NCBI GenBank assembly: GCA_040752795.1
Contig: JBFMGH010000608.1
Location: 110,325 to 174,324 of the forward strand
Length of the DNA stretch: 64,000 nucleotides
Origin: Cyanobacteriota bacterium
GTDB lineage: Bacteria > Cyanobacteriota > Vampirovibrionia > JBFMGH01
Reading direction: 5' to 3'
In this document: positions 18,474 to 28,900 of the stretch, piece after piece
Layout of the letters: each line of letters starts with the position of its first letter
Position numbering within the stretch: position 1 is the stretch's first letter
The notes under the pieces: generated by a model
Seen by the model: the letters and a program-made list of their open reading frames with translations, nothing else
Database searches by the model: none
What the model was told of the DNA's origin: nothing
Position numbers and translations under genes: made by a program

Positions 18474-20438
18474 TTAGAGTCTTCTCATATCTTTATCAGC
18501 TATTATAAAAAGATTTATAAGGTCATCCAGCTCTTTAGCTCTTCTCTGATAATAACTTATATCATCTTCTAATTGTCTGATAAGTTGTTTCTGTTCTTCA
18601 ATTTTATTAATATTATCTTTCATATATTTTTGCAGTTTAGCTTGTGCGCCCTGAGCATCTGAAAGAACTTCAGACATTGAAATGCCCATTGCTTCCATAG
18701 TTTGCCTGATTATTTGAGCTCCGGTTTGTCTTGTAACACCTGGAGGCAAAGTAGAAACCAGTTTTATAAGAGTTTCAACATTTGAATTAAATAATTCTAC
18801 CCTTCTACGAGTGGCCCTTTCATCTCTTCTAGGATCAAAATCTCTATCTCTTGACATATCATTGTACGACCTGTCATCATATCTGTGATAATCTCTTGAT
18901 GAATCGTGATAAAGCCTATCATCATATCTGTGATAGTCGCGAGATGATTCCTGATAAGATCTATCATCATACCTGAGAGAATCTCTATGTGGTTCATGGT
19001 AAGATCTGTCATCGTGCTTGTTGTAACCTCTATCATCAGGTCTATAAGGTTCAGGATGTGTTTCACGATAGCCTCTATCATCAGGTCTATAAGGTTCAGA
19101 ATGTGTTTCACGATAGCCTCTATCATCAGGTCTATAAGGTTCAGGGTGTGTTTCACGATAGCCCCTATCATCAGGTCTATAAGGTTCAGGGTGTGTTTCA
19201 CGAGGCCTGTAGTGATCAGACTGATCTTGCGCATAATGTTTACGAGGTTCAGGTTGAGGTTCGTGATAGCTTCTATTGTCAGGTTTGTAAGGTTCAGGTT
19301 TAACAGGTGGAGATGTTATATGAGGATCCCTCTCTTGTGATACATTATAGTCTTTAGGCTGATATTGATCAAGATCTAAAGGAGACTTTGAAGGTTCTTG
19401 AGGTTTAGCATACTGTGGCTCAACTCCCGGGTGAATAGAGTCAAGATCAATAGTTCTTTGAGGTTCCTGTCTCCTAGGAATCTCTTCCCATTGCTGATTT
19501 TGATTCATTTGTTGTTGTGGGTATCCTATTTGAACTTCTTGTGGTTCATAACTATCGTAAGTCGACATTTCTTGCTTATGCGGTTGATATGGCTCAGGTT
19601 CATACTGCTCTGGTTCTAATTGTTGATTGTAATCATCCTCCTGATAGGAGTATTGATTATAACCAATATTTGCTTGAGCATGAGAAGCATGGGCAGGTTG
19701 TGGAGTATATTCCTGGTATTCCTGAGTCTCGTAAGGTTGATATTCTGTAAACTCCTGGGGATAATCTTCTGTTTCAGGAGGATCCACCTCTTCAAGTGCT
19801 GGCTGTTGTTGCATCTCTTGATAAGCTCTCCCCTGAGAATATCCTAATTGAGGGGGCTGATATTCTGGTACATCAGAATCATCTTCAAATTGTTGAATAT
19901 CATCACTAAAGTCATCATAAGATTGTTGATTGTAATTAAAATCATCTTGAGCCTGTTGCTCATATCTTTGAGGGTCAAAGCTTTGTGGATCATAAGATTG
20001 CTGATCATATGACGGCTGATCATATGATTGTTCATTGTAATCAATAGACATAGGGGTTTCTTCTGACATCATTTGTTCTTCAATTGGTGCAAAACTTCCG
20101 TATTGGGGAGTATCCGTAGTAGTAGTCATACCGTCTAGGTCAGGTAATTCTGAAGTCATTTCGGGCTGAAATTCAGTGGGTTCAAGAGGACCAGGTTCTT
20201 CATCATAGTGCATTTCTTGAGATCCAAAATCCATATGTGAAATAGTTTCCAGACCATGATTAGCATCAGGTTGATGAGCAGCATAAGGATCAACAGGTAC
20301 TTCTTGATAAGTTGATTGAGCAGCTGCTTGACCTGTTTGAACTTCAGGGTCTTGGGTTTTTAAAGCCTGAATGATTTTCTTACCTAATCCATCTGGAAGT
20401 TTACTTTGTCTTTTAGAATCCACTAATATGCTCTCCAA
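18474..20438 (-). CDS. Large intrinsically disordered Q/Y/D/P/E-rich repeat protein (654 aa) with a short structured C-terminal domain
   Basis: About 540 aa of low complexity (SYDQPSYDQQSYDPQSFDPQRYEQQ). Four or five tandem copies of ETHPEPYRPDDRGYR, then RYDDRSY..SSRDYH repeats. Ends with a ~110-aa non-repetitive, helical-looking domain (VELFNSNVETLIKLVSTLPPGVTRQTGAQIIRQTMEAMG...). Confidence 0.6.
   Translation of the reverse strand: MESILVDSKRQSKLPDGLGKKIIQALKTQDPEVQTGQAAAQSTYQEVPVDPYAAHQPDANHGLETISHMDFGSQEMHYDEEPGPLEPTEFQPEMTSELPDLDGMTTTTDTPQYGSFAPIEEQMMSEETPMSIDYNEQSYDQPSYDQQSYDPQSFDPQRYEQQAQDDFNYNQQSYDDFSDDIQQFEDDSDVPEYQPPQLGYSQGRAYQEMQQQPALEEVDPPETEDYPQEFTEYQPYETQEYQEYTPQPAHASHAQANIGYNQYSYQEDDYNQQLEPEQYEPEPYQPHKQEMSTYDSYEPQEVQIGYPQQQMNQNQQWEEIPRRQEPQRTIDLDSIHPGVEPQYAKPQEPSKSPLDLDQYQPKDYNVSQERDPHITSPPVKPEPYKPDNRSYHEPQPEPRKHYAQDQSDHYRPRETHPEPYRPDDRGYRETHPEPYRPDDRGYRETHSEPYRPDDRGYRETHPEPYRPDDRGYNKHDDRSYHEPHRDSLRYDDRSYQESSRDYHRYDDRLYHDSSRDYHRYDDRSYNDMSRDRDFDPRRDERATRRRVELFNSNVETLIKLVSTLPPGVTRQTGAQIIRQTMEAMGISMSEVLSDAQGAQAKLQKYMKDNINKIEEQKQLIRQLEDDISYYQRRAKELDDLINLFIIADKDMRRL
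18860..19210. repeat. Tandem 45-bp (15-codon) repeat array inside the disordered-protein gene
   Basis: Near-identical 45-bp units cctctatcatcaggtctataaggttcagRRtgtgtttcacgatag begin at 19027, 19072, 19117 and 19162. More diverged 45-bp units lie at 18862-19020. Confidence 0.8.
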
Positions 20439-20701
20439 AACCTCACTATTTAAACAATATTATATTTCAATAAACGACAAACATAAAATTCTATAATAAA
20501 ATATAAAATATCTTTAACTATACAATTTCTAGTAATATTGGATTTGTTGCACATAATTATTATTTATCTGTTGTGAAGATATAGTTACAAAAAATGAAAT
20601 TTATTGCAAATAAATAATTGATTTCATATAGCTGGTTGGCCTAAAATAAACTGTTTCTATGTTATACTTTTTGAGATATTGCTTTAGGAGAGAAAGTAAT
20701 T

Positions 20702-22057
20702 ATGCAAAAATCCCCAAACCAAAATATATATCCTATTACGATGAATGTTAACTCCAGAGCCCATCTAGAAATAGGTGGATGTAGTGCCATTGAACTGTCT
20801 TCTAAGTTTGGTACGCCTCTATATATTATAGATGAAGATACTTTAAGAAAAACTATACAGGATTATAAATTGCAATTTTCTTCAAAATATGAAGATAGCC
20901 TTGTTTTATATGCAGCTAAATCTTTTGTTTGTGAGTCAATATGCCATATATTGCACGAAGAAGGTATAGGTATAGATGTTGTGTCAGGTGGTGAATTATA
21001 TCTTGCTCTTAAAGCAGGGATTCCATCATCTAAAATATATTTTAATGGTAATAATAAATCAAAAGAAGAGATTGTATTGGCTATTGATAATGAAATAGGG
21101 GCTATCATTGTAGATAATTTTTATGAACTTCAGATTTTAAATAAAATTGCAACATCAAAATCTAAATCCTGTCCTATAATGTTACGTATTACTCCTGGAA
21201 TTGAGTGTCATACCCATGAATATATTAAAACAGGTCAGATAGATAGTAAATTTGGCTTTGATTTAACTCAAATAGAAGAAGCAGTCAGACAAATTACCTC
21301 TAAATATAAAAAATTGGATCTTCAGGGGTTGCATGCTCATATAGGTTCACAAATATTTGAACTGGATTCTTATGCAGATCTAGTTAGTATCTTACTTGAG
21401 CAATATGCAAAAATTAAAAATGATTATGGCCTCGAATTGACAAAAATAAACGTTGGAGGAGGCCTTGGAATAAAATATACCGAAGAAGATCAACCTCCTC
21501 ATATCTCACAGGTAGCCAGTATTATATCCCGGTCTATTAATGAAAATGCTTCAAAGCTTTCTTTAGAAAAACCGATGTTGTTGTTAGAGCCTGGCAGAAG
21601 CATAATAGGCCCATCGGGCGTTACTTTGTATGAAATAGGAAGTATTAAAGAGGTGCCTGGTATCAGAAAATATGTTTCTGTGGATGGAGGTATGGCGGAT
21701 AACCCCAGACCTGCTATGTATCAATCAGTTTATACCGCATGTGTAGCTAATAAAATGTTAGAAAAAAATAAGGAAGTTGTTACTGTAGCTGGTAGATTTT
21801 GTGAATCTGGTGATATACTTATAAAAGATATTGAACTAGCGAAAACTGTTAGTGGAGATATATTAGCTGTATTTGCAACTGGAGCCTATAATTATTCAAT
21901 GTCAAGCAATTATAATATGGTGCCAAGGCCAGCTTGTGTCATAGTAAAAGATGGTAATGCCGATATAATAATAGAAAGAGAATCTTATCAAGATTTAATT
22001 GCCCATGATAAGGTTCCTTCTAGATTGCTGAAGTATAAAAATATGCCTGTAGTTTAG
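20702..22057 (+). CDS. lysA: Diaminopimelate decarboxylase
   Basis: Orn/DAP/Arg decarboxylase family 2 (PLP-binding barrel; LYAAKSF..., GGG.GI, EPGR..). AGGAG RBS. Confidence 0.9.
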   Translation: MQKSPNQNIYPITMNVNSRAHLEIGGCSAIELSSKFGTPLYIIDEDTLRKTIQDYKLQFSSKYEDSLVLYAAKSFVCESICHILHEEGIGIDVVSGGELYLALKAGIPSSKIYFNGNNKSKEEIVLAIDNEIGAIIVDNFYELQILNKIATSKSKSCPIMLRITPGIECHTHEYIKTGQIDSKFGFDLTQIEEAVRQITSKYKKLDLQGLHAHIGSQIFELDSYADLVSILLEQYAKIKNDYGLELTKINVGGGLGIKYTEEDQPPHISQVASIISRSINENASKLSLEKPMLLLEPGRSIIGPSGVTLYEIGSIKEVPGIRKYVSVDGGMADNPRPAMYQSVYTACVANKMLEKNKEVVTVAGRFCESGDILIKDIELAKTVSGDILAVFATGAYNYSMSSNYNMVPRPACVIVKDGNADIIIERESYQDLIAHDKVPSRLLKYKNMPVV

Positions 22058-22069
22058 AGGATACATATT

Positions 22070-22999
22070 GTGCCTTTTAACATTCCTGAATATTTAAATG
22101 TTTTTGACTTTATCTACAAACCTTTTGAGGGGTTCGTTGATCAGATATGGATGAAGCCTATTAATATTTTCCAAATAGCTCTTCTGGCGTTTATAGTTTG
22201 GAAAATATACACACGTATTAAAGGCACTCAGGCTGAACAGCTTTTAAAAGGTATACTGGTTATTGTTTTTGCTCTAATATTGAGCCAGGCCTTTCAGCTT
22301 GAAATTATAAGTAAGGTATTAGAGAATCTTGTAAGCGTTGTATTGGTAGGTCTTGTTGTTATATTTCAACCTGAACTCAGACGAATATTAGGCTACCTTG
22401 GCCAAACAGGTGTTTTCTCAAAAAATATTTTTGGTTTTGGAACCGAAAGTGATATTAAAAGGCTCATTGGTTTAGTATGTGAAGCAATAAAGCATCTTAG
22501 CAAAAAACATATTGGAGCTTTAATTGTACTAGAAGATACTGCTTCTCCTGAAACTTTTCTTGAAGTGGGGACACCACTAAATGCAGATATAAGTACAGAG
22601 CTTATATTAACAATATTTCACCCTAATACTCCCCTGCATGATGGGGCTATTGTTGTTAATGGAAATAAAATAGTTGCAGCTGGAGTATTGCTACCTCTGA
22701 CAGAAGACCCTAAACTTAGCTGGCAATATGGAACAAGACATAGAGCTGCTATCGGAATGAGTGAAATTTCTACTGCCATGTGTATTGTTGTTTCAGAAGA
22801 AACCGGCGAAGTCTCACTGGCAAAAGAAGGTGTTTTGAAAAAATATTCAGATATAGAAGAAATGAAAAGAGTTCTTGAGGAAACTTATACTAAAGCCTAT
22901 TCTTCTAAGCAAAAAGGCGATCCATCAAATACTTTTCAGGATATATTATCATCAGATATTACAAAACTATCGAATATATTACCCGGCAAAAAGAAATAA
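22070..22999 (+). CDS. cdaA: Diadenylate cyclase CdaA (DisA_N domain) with N-terminal transmembrane helices
   Basis: DAC-domain motifs DGA (PLHDGAIVVNG) and GTRHRAA (QYGTRHRAAIGMSE), preceded by ~3 TM helices. GTG start 13 nt after lysA, with RBS AGAGGA. Confidence 0.85.
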   Translation: MPFNIPEYLNVFDFIYKPFEGFVDQIWMKPINIFQIALLAFIVWKIYTRIKGTQAEQLLKGILVIVFALILSQAFQLEIISKVLENLVSVVLVGLVVIFQPELRRILGYLGQTGVFSKNIFGFGTESDIKRLIGLVCEAIKHLSKKHIGALIVLEDTASPETFLEVGTPLNADISTELILTIFHPNTPLHDGAIVVNGNKIVAAGVLLPLTEDPKLSWQYGTRHRAAIGMSEISTAMCIVVSEETGEVSLAKEGVLKKYSDIEEMKRVLEETYTKAYSSKQKGDPSNTFQDILSSDITKLSNILPGKKK

Positions 23000-23006
23000 A
23001 ATCAAT

Positions 23007-23031
23007 CACACCACCTCTAATGGGTGGTGTG
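23007..23031. terminator. Perfect 9-bp stem-loop (CACACCACC-TCTAATG-GGTGGTGTG) immediately after cdaA; probable terminator or RNA-stability hairpin without a strong U-tract
   Basis: Read directly from the sequence. 7-nt loop. Downstream is A-rich, not U-rich. Confidence 0.4.
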
Positions 23032-23703
23032 CTATTAAAAACGTGTTATTAATTTGTTTAACTTTTTAAATGGTTAAATTATCACGCACCTTTCGTGTCT
23101 TTACCAAGATATTACTAATATGCCCTGCTTGTTAAATTTTTAAACTTATTATATTAATGTTTGTTACAAAAAAGAATTTAGTCTGCATGTTTGTAGAATA
23201 CTCTTAGATTTTCGCCTTAACAAATTGTTGAACAATTGTCTTAATCTGTGTCATGCTTGACCAAAATTTGAAAACGCTTAATTGACCATATTGGTTGAAT
23301 TTCTAAAGTTAGTTCAAATTAGAAATCAAATATAATGTCATGTTTGACTTTTATAGTAAGTAACATTATTTATATTTAAGAAAAACAGGCGAAAAATTCC
23401 CCATAATCGGTACTTCAATGAGTTAAGAAGAAATATAAAGTAAATTTTATGAAACATTTTAGCAAAAATTTTTTTGCCTTGAACTTCTTATAAAATAAGA
23501 GTTTTAGTTCGTGAAATAAAAATTTTCAAAAAAACTTGTTTCATGTTTTTCTACTCCTGTTATAATTATTCTACTAAGAGTTTCACTACGAAGATTGTTG
23601 TGCTCATAGGATAATAGTATACAAACAAATGTGTAATCAATAAACAAGTTACTAGTCACCTTACAGGGTAACTAGGAGTGGATAAATACGTTTTTTTGAT
23701 GAT

Positions 23704-24288
23704 GTGGATAACGTAAAAGCAAAAAAAGTTGGAGGGATCTATTTGTTAAAGAATGGTTATGTACAGATCTATACCGGTGATGGTAAAGGCAAAACCACAG
23801 CATCCTTAGGGTTGGCACTGAGAGCAATAGGTCATGGCTGGAAAGTTTTAATTATACAGTTTACAAAAGGTGAAAAAGAAGAAAACGGAGAAAACTTTTA
23901 CGGAGAATTGAAAGCTGCATCTAAATTCATGGCAAACCTTGAAGTTATGCAGTTTGGGCTTGATAGGGTTGTTTATTCCTCCAACATTAGTATTGAAGAT
24001 TACAAAGAAACCCGTAAAGGTTGGGAACGAGCCAAAGAAGCCGTTGCCAGTGGAGAATATGGTTTAATTATTCTTGACGAAATTAATGTTTGCATTGATC
24101 TTAATATGATTAAACTCTCTGAGGTTAAAGAACTTCTTATAAATAGACCCAAGCATCTTGAAGTTGTTCTTACCGGAAGAAGAGCTCATCCTGAATTAAT
24201 TTCAATGGCCCATCTGGTTACAGAAATGAAACCAATCAAACATTATTTCGATGTAGGAGTAAAGGCAAGAAGAGGAATTGAATACTAA
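23704..24288 (+). CDS. cobO: Cob(I)yrinic acid a,c-diamide / cob(I)alamin adenosyltransferase (CobA/CobO/BtuR family)
   Basis: P-loop YTGDGKGKTTASLGLALRAIGHG. LIILDE and C-terminal KHYFDVGVKARRGIEY are typical of CobA. Confidence 0.8.
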   Translation: MDNVKAKKVGGIYLLKNGYVQIYTGDGKGKTTASLGLALRAIGHGWKVLIIQFTKGEKEENGENFYGELKAASKFMANLEVMQFGLDRVVYSSNISIEDYKETRKGWERAKEAVASGEYGLIILDEINVCIDLNMIKLSEVKELLINRPKHLEVVLTGRRAHPELISMAHLVTEMKPIKHYFDVGVKARRGIEY

Positions 24289-24297
24289 AGCGTAACT

Positions 24298-24323
24298 CCC
24301 CGGCATTTAGTCGGGGTTTTTTT
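24298..24323 (+). terminator. Rho-independent terminator of cobO
   Basis: CCCCGGcatttagtCGGGG followed by TTTTTTT. Confidence 0.7.
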
Positions 24324-24545
24324 ATTTCTGTTGGTCTCTTTGAACCGTTTGTAATTCACAAAATTCTTCTACCTGTATTTATTCTTTATGATTGTTTGTA
24401 TGAGAAATAATTAAAAATTTATTTGTACCGTAATTACATTAAAAAATTCATAAAAAAACTTCTCTTTTCATGTATTTTCGCTTTGTTTGATATACACTTG
24501 GAAAAATATGCGAAAACAAAATGTTGATAAGAGAAATAATTTTTT

Positions 24546-25295
24546 ATGACTACTAAACAAACATCTTTATTTGAAACAGCAAAAGAAATAGTAATAGAAA
24601 CCCCCATAAGACACGTTGCTGTTATTATGGATGGTAATAGACGTTGGGCGAAAAAACATAATTTCATAAAAACAGTTGGACACGATAATGGTAGAAAAAC
24701 TTTTAAAAATATAGTTAAACATTCAGCAAAATTAAAACTACACTGTCTTACTACGTATGCTTTTTCAACTGAAAATTGGGGAAGAGACCCGGATGAAGTT
24801 AAATTTTTAATGGGCTTGTTGGTGGAATCTCTTAAAAACGAAATTAAAGAGCTTTGCGAGAATAATATAAGGCTTAGATTTATTGGTAGAAGAGATAGGC
24901 TAAATAAAGATGTGGTTAAAAAAATGGAAAATGCTGAAAATAGCACAGCTGAAAATACTGGCCTGATTCTTCAAATTGCCATTGATTACGGTAGCAGGTA
25001 TGAAATTACATATGCTTTAAGACAAATAACTCAAAAAGTCCAGAATGGTGAACTGTCTATTAATGATATAGATGAAAATCTTATTGGTTCTTGCCTGTAT
25101 ACTAGTACTGTTCCGGATCCAGACCTTATTATAAGAACTGGTGGGGAATACAGATTGAGTAATTACCTTCTATGGCAGGCTGCCTATAGTGAGTTATATA
25201 TAACAGACACTTTCTGGCCTGACTTTTTAGAGAATGAATTTGACATGGCTATAATAGATTTCAGTAAAAGACATAGAAGATGGGGAAAAGACTAA
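24546..25295 (+). CDS. uppS: Isoprenyl transferase (undecaprenyl diphosphate synthase)
   Basis: HVAVIMDGNRRWAKK, and the ...RTGGE.R.SN.LLWQ.AY.E... cis-prenyltransferase signature. Confidence 0.9.
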   Translation: MTTKQTSLFETAKEIVIETPIRHVAVIMDGNRRWAKKHNFIKTVGHDNGRKTFKNIVKHSAKLKLHCLTTYAFSTENWGRDPDEVKFLMGLLVESLKNEIKELCENNIRLRFIGRRDRLNKDVVKKMENAENSTAENTGLILQIAIDYGSRYEITYALRQITQKVQNGELSINDIDENLIGSCLYTSTVPDPDLIIRTGGEYRLSNYLLWQAAYSELYITDTFWPDFLENEFDMAIIDFSKRHRRWGKD

Positions 25296-25298
25296 AAA

Positions 25299-25880
25299 AT
25301 GCTGGATAAAATAGTATTTGCTTCTAAAAATAAGGGCAAAATACGCGAAGTTAAACAGCTTTTTTCTAATATAAATGTAGAAGTTTTACAGGTGCCCGAA
25401 GATTTTGATGTAATTGAGAATGGAGAAACTTTTCTTGATAATGCATTGATTAAAGCAAAAAAGGCAGTAGGCCTTACCAGACAGGTCTCACTAGCAGATG
25501 ATTCAGGATTAATGGTCGATGCTCTTAATGGTGAACCAGGTGTGCATTCTTCTCGTTATGCTGATACTGATATTGCTAGAATTAGTAAGTTGCTTAAAGC
25601 TTTAGAAGGAATACCATGCGATAAAAGAACTGCAAGATTTGTATGCTCTCTGGTTCTGGTTTCAACAAAAGGGGAAGTATTACATTCAACATCTGGTGTT
25701 TGTGAAGGTACAATCATTTTTGAACCAAGAGGTTCTGATGGCTTTGGCTTTGATCCTGTGTTTCTTGTGCCTGAATTGAATCTTACTATGGCTCAAATTC
25801 CCCTGGAACAAAAGAATACCCTGAGTCATAGAGCCAGGGCTTTTAACCAAATGCTCAAATGGATTTCTGTAAATAATTAG
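25299..25880 (+). CDS. rdgB: Non-canonical purine NTP pyrophosphatase (RdgB/HAM1 family)
   Basis: IVFASKNKGKIREV...ADDSGL.VDALNGEPGV.S.RYA...FGFDPVF. Confidence 0.9.
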   Translation: MLDKIVFASKNKGKIREVKQLFSNINVEVLQVPEDFDVIENGETFLDNALIKAKKAVGLTRQVSLADDSGLMVDALNGEPGVHSSRYADTDIARISKLLKALEGIPCDKRTARFVCSLVLVSTKGEVLHSTSGVCEGTIIFEPRGSDGFGFDPVFLVPELNLTMAQIPLEQKNTLSHRARAFNQMLKWISVNN

Positions 25881-25907
25881 TATATAGATATATAGAGAGG
25901 TTAGATT

Positions 25908-28900
25908 ATGGTTAGCATCTTTTTAAAATGGTTTAAATCTTTATTCATTTTATGTTTATTAGTAATGACTGCAAATAATTTTACTTATGCTTATGACAAC
26001 CTTTCTAAAGAAGAAAAAACGATTTTTTACTCTTCTAATATTCTTGGAGAATGCTCTTTTTTAATCTCAGATGTATTGTCTAATAGCCAGATCATGGGCG
26101 TTGCAAATTTAGATGCTAAACTGGAGTATGTTAAAAAGCAACTTACACTTGAACCTCCTCTTGTTGAAGATTTAAAAGTTTCTAAAAAAACATTACAAAC
26201 ACTAAAAAAATTTATTGAAGAAGTTAATGAATCCTATAATGAAAAGACATTTAAACTAAAAAAACTAGAACAGGCTAATAAAACTTTTGGCGATTATTCT
26301 GTAGAGCTAAGAGAAGACATTAATAAGTTGTATGGCCCTAAGTATACCTGGCTGTTTGATACAGGTTTCCTTGTTTCTTTTACCAAAGCTTCAATGATAT
26401 CAGATTATAAGAATAAACTTGTATTGTTAGAGTACAAATTTCTGCTTGATTATGTGCCCTATAATATGCCTACCAGTGTAATAAGCTCGTTATCATCTAT
26501 TGCTACTGTTAAAGATGAGGAATTAACACAAAATCAGGTAGAGATACTAAAAGAAGCATCTGATAATATGATATCTTACTTTACAAGCCCCGAGACATAT
26601 TCGCCACCGGCTACTTTAAGAGATCTTGTGGGGAAATGGGAAGGAAGACTGGCCCCTCCTAATGGAGATTATCATAAAGCAAATATTTCAATTACCCCAG
26701 ATATGAGTGCTATATTAAATGTTGAAGGCATGTTTAAAGATATGCCAGTGAATGACTTAACAGTAACTCAGAGTTTGGTTAGCTTTAATATTAAACCCTT
26801 TGCTGATGAACAGCTTATAATAAGATTTTCTGGAAGAATAGTCGATGATGTATTATCGGGCGAAGCTATTGATGTATCTGGTAAAAAAGGTTTATGGCAA
26901 TTTTTGAAAACCCCACAGGTTGATCTAAGTGAATTAGTTAATGCTGAAATAAAAACAGAACCAACAGCCCTTGATAAATTATCAGGTGTTTGGAAAGGTA
27001 AAATACTCGAACAAGATGGAGCAATATCTAATTTAACCCTTCGATTCAATATAGTTGATGATAGTGTGATGTTTGTTGAAAATCCTAACCATAAAAAGAC
27101 TCTTAAGCTTAATTCTGTAGCTGCTAATGATAAGGCAGTCAGGTTTAGCATTTCTCCTGATAATGGTGATATCAATATTACATTTATGGGTGAAATTAAG
27201 GGTAGAATATTAGAAGGGAATGCAATAGGAACAGATGGCAATAAGGCCTATTGGAAAATTATTAAAGTTGAAGATAAACTTACTAAGCCTCAATTAAAGA
27301 GTGATGCTGGTTTTTTTTTCTTGGATCATTTATGTGATCCTATTGTAGACAATTCCTTTATTGAAGGCTTCACGTTAGTTTCTAAAAATATAATTGTGCC
27401 GCCACCTAAAATTAATGAAGGCAAATATAAAGGCCATCTTATTTTTGAAGATGGCTCTAGGGCAGGGCTTGTTCTTGTTTTGTCTAATAAGCAGTCCAAG
27501 ATGTACCTTTTTAGCAAGGAGGATAACTCAAAAATATCTTTAGATATTGATTTAATGAATATTACAGATAGAGAAATAACAATAGATACAACAATAGATG
27601 GCAATAAAGATACTCTGGTTAAGTTTAAAGGCAAAGTTTTTGGAGGATATATTTATGGCGATGCTGTAAATATTGCTGGTGAAAATCTTAAATGGGAACT
27701 TATGGCTGTTGATAAAGCAGATACATTTTTAAGCAATGTTAATTCTTCAAATGTAAAAAGAATAAAAGGCTTATGGAATGGAATGGTGACCTTCTCTAAC
27801 TTGTTTGAGGTGCCTGTAAAACTTGTTATTTCAGATGATGAAACAAAAATGTACTTCGATGACGCAAAAATCTTACTAATATCAGATATTATTCTTGATG
27901 GGACATCGGTTAGCTTCGTTGCAAAGAATGAAGCTGATCCCATGCAAACCATAACCTTTAATGGCAACCTAGAAGAACAGAGTATAACTGGAAAAATAAC
28001 TACAGTTAATGGTCTGGGGCTTGATGTGGTGCTTTCTATGTCTGAAAAATATCAAGAAGATCCATTGAAAGGTATCTGGGCAGGGAGAATTATGCTAGAT
28101 AATGCTTCTGCTGATATTGTATTTGACTTTGTAGAAGATAAAAAGAAAGTTTATATTGATGACTCTAGAGCAGAATCAGGTAGAGTAGAACTATTAATAA
28201 GTAATTTAGTTAAAGATTCTAAAGGAATTAAATTTACAGCTAATACATCTAAAAGCCCTTCAAAAATTGAATTTGTTGGTACTTTTGATAGAGAACTTCT
28301 CAAAGGATCTGCAAAAAATCAGATACAGGGATCTAATAAACTTAATTGGGAAACTTCTAAATCTAATCTAAGTAAGTATGATCCCGAAAGTATTGAGATA
28401 GTATTACATTCTGAACCTGAAAATGCAGGGTATAAAAAAACGTTTTCTTTTCTTGATGAAATGGATAACCTTAATGACAGCAAAATAGATAATGAAACTA
28501 ATGATAAAGTTACTGAAAAAGAAGATAAAACAACTTCAACTATAGATAAAAAACCAGATGAAACTGAAATAAAAGAAAATAAAACAGATGAAATCCTTTC
28601 TCAAAAAGTGATAAATGCAGATGAGATAGATAAAACCAAACAAGATAAAAAAGATAAAGATGTTGATATTGATGAAAGTTCTTCAGAAAAAGAGATTACG
28701 AAAAAAAATGATAAAGAAAGTAAGATAGATAAAAAGATAAAAAAAGATAAATCTAAAAAATCAAGTGAAAATATCAATAAAGAGGAAAATAACAGATCTT
28801 CAGATAAGAAATCAAAGAAAACTAAAAAAACTAAATCTAAAAAAGAAAAACCTGACAAAGTAAAATCAGAAAAAGATACTAAAACAAAGGATAAAAGTAA

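Noticed and set aside
18860-19210. CRISPR array
   Set aside because: The 45-bp repeats are contiguous with no spacers, lie within a continuous reading frame, and diverge by codon-level substitutions. They are coding tandem repeats, not CRISPR.
18797-20044. Several 60-145-aa ORFs on both strands inside the disordered-protein gene
   Set aside because: They are alternative frames through 45-bp tandem repeats. Periodicity creates long stop-free frames. The 654-aa minus-strand frame is the only one with a sensible start, length and terminator.
23000-23703. Possible cobalamin riboswitch upstream of cobO
   Set aside because: I scanned for a B12-box-like GCCACTG core and the characteristic GC-rich multi-stem architecture. 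Neither is present, and the region is ~75% AT.
24434-24946. 170-aa minus-strand ORF
   Set aside because: It overlaps the uppS coding region on the opposite strand. Its composition is a hydrophobic, Leu/Ser-rich antisense artefact.
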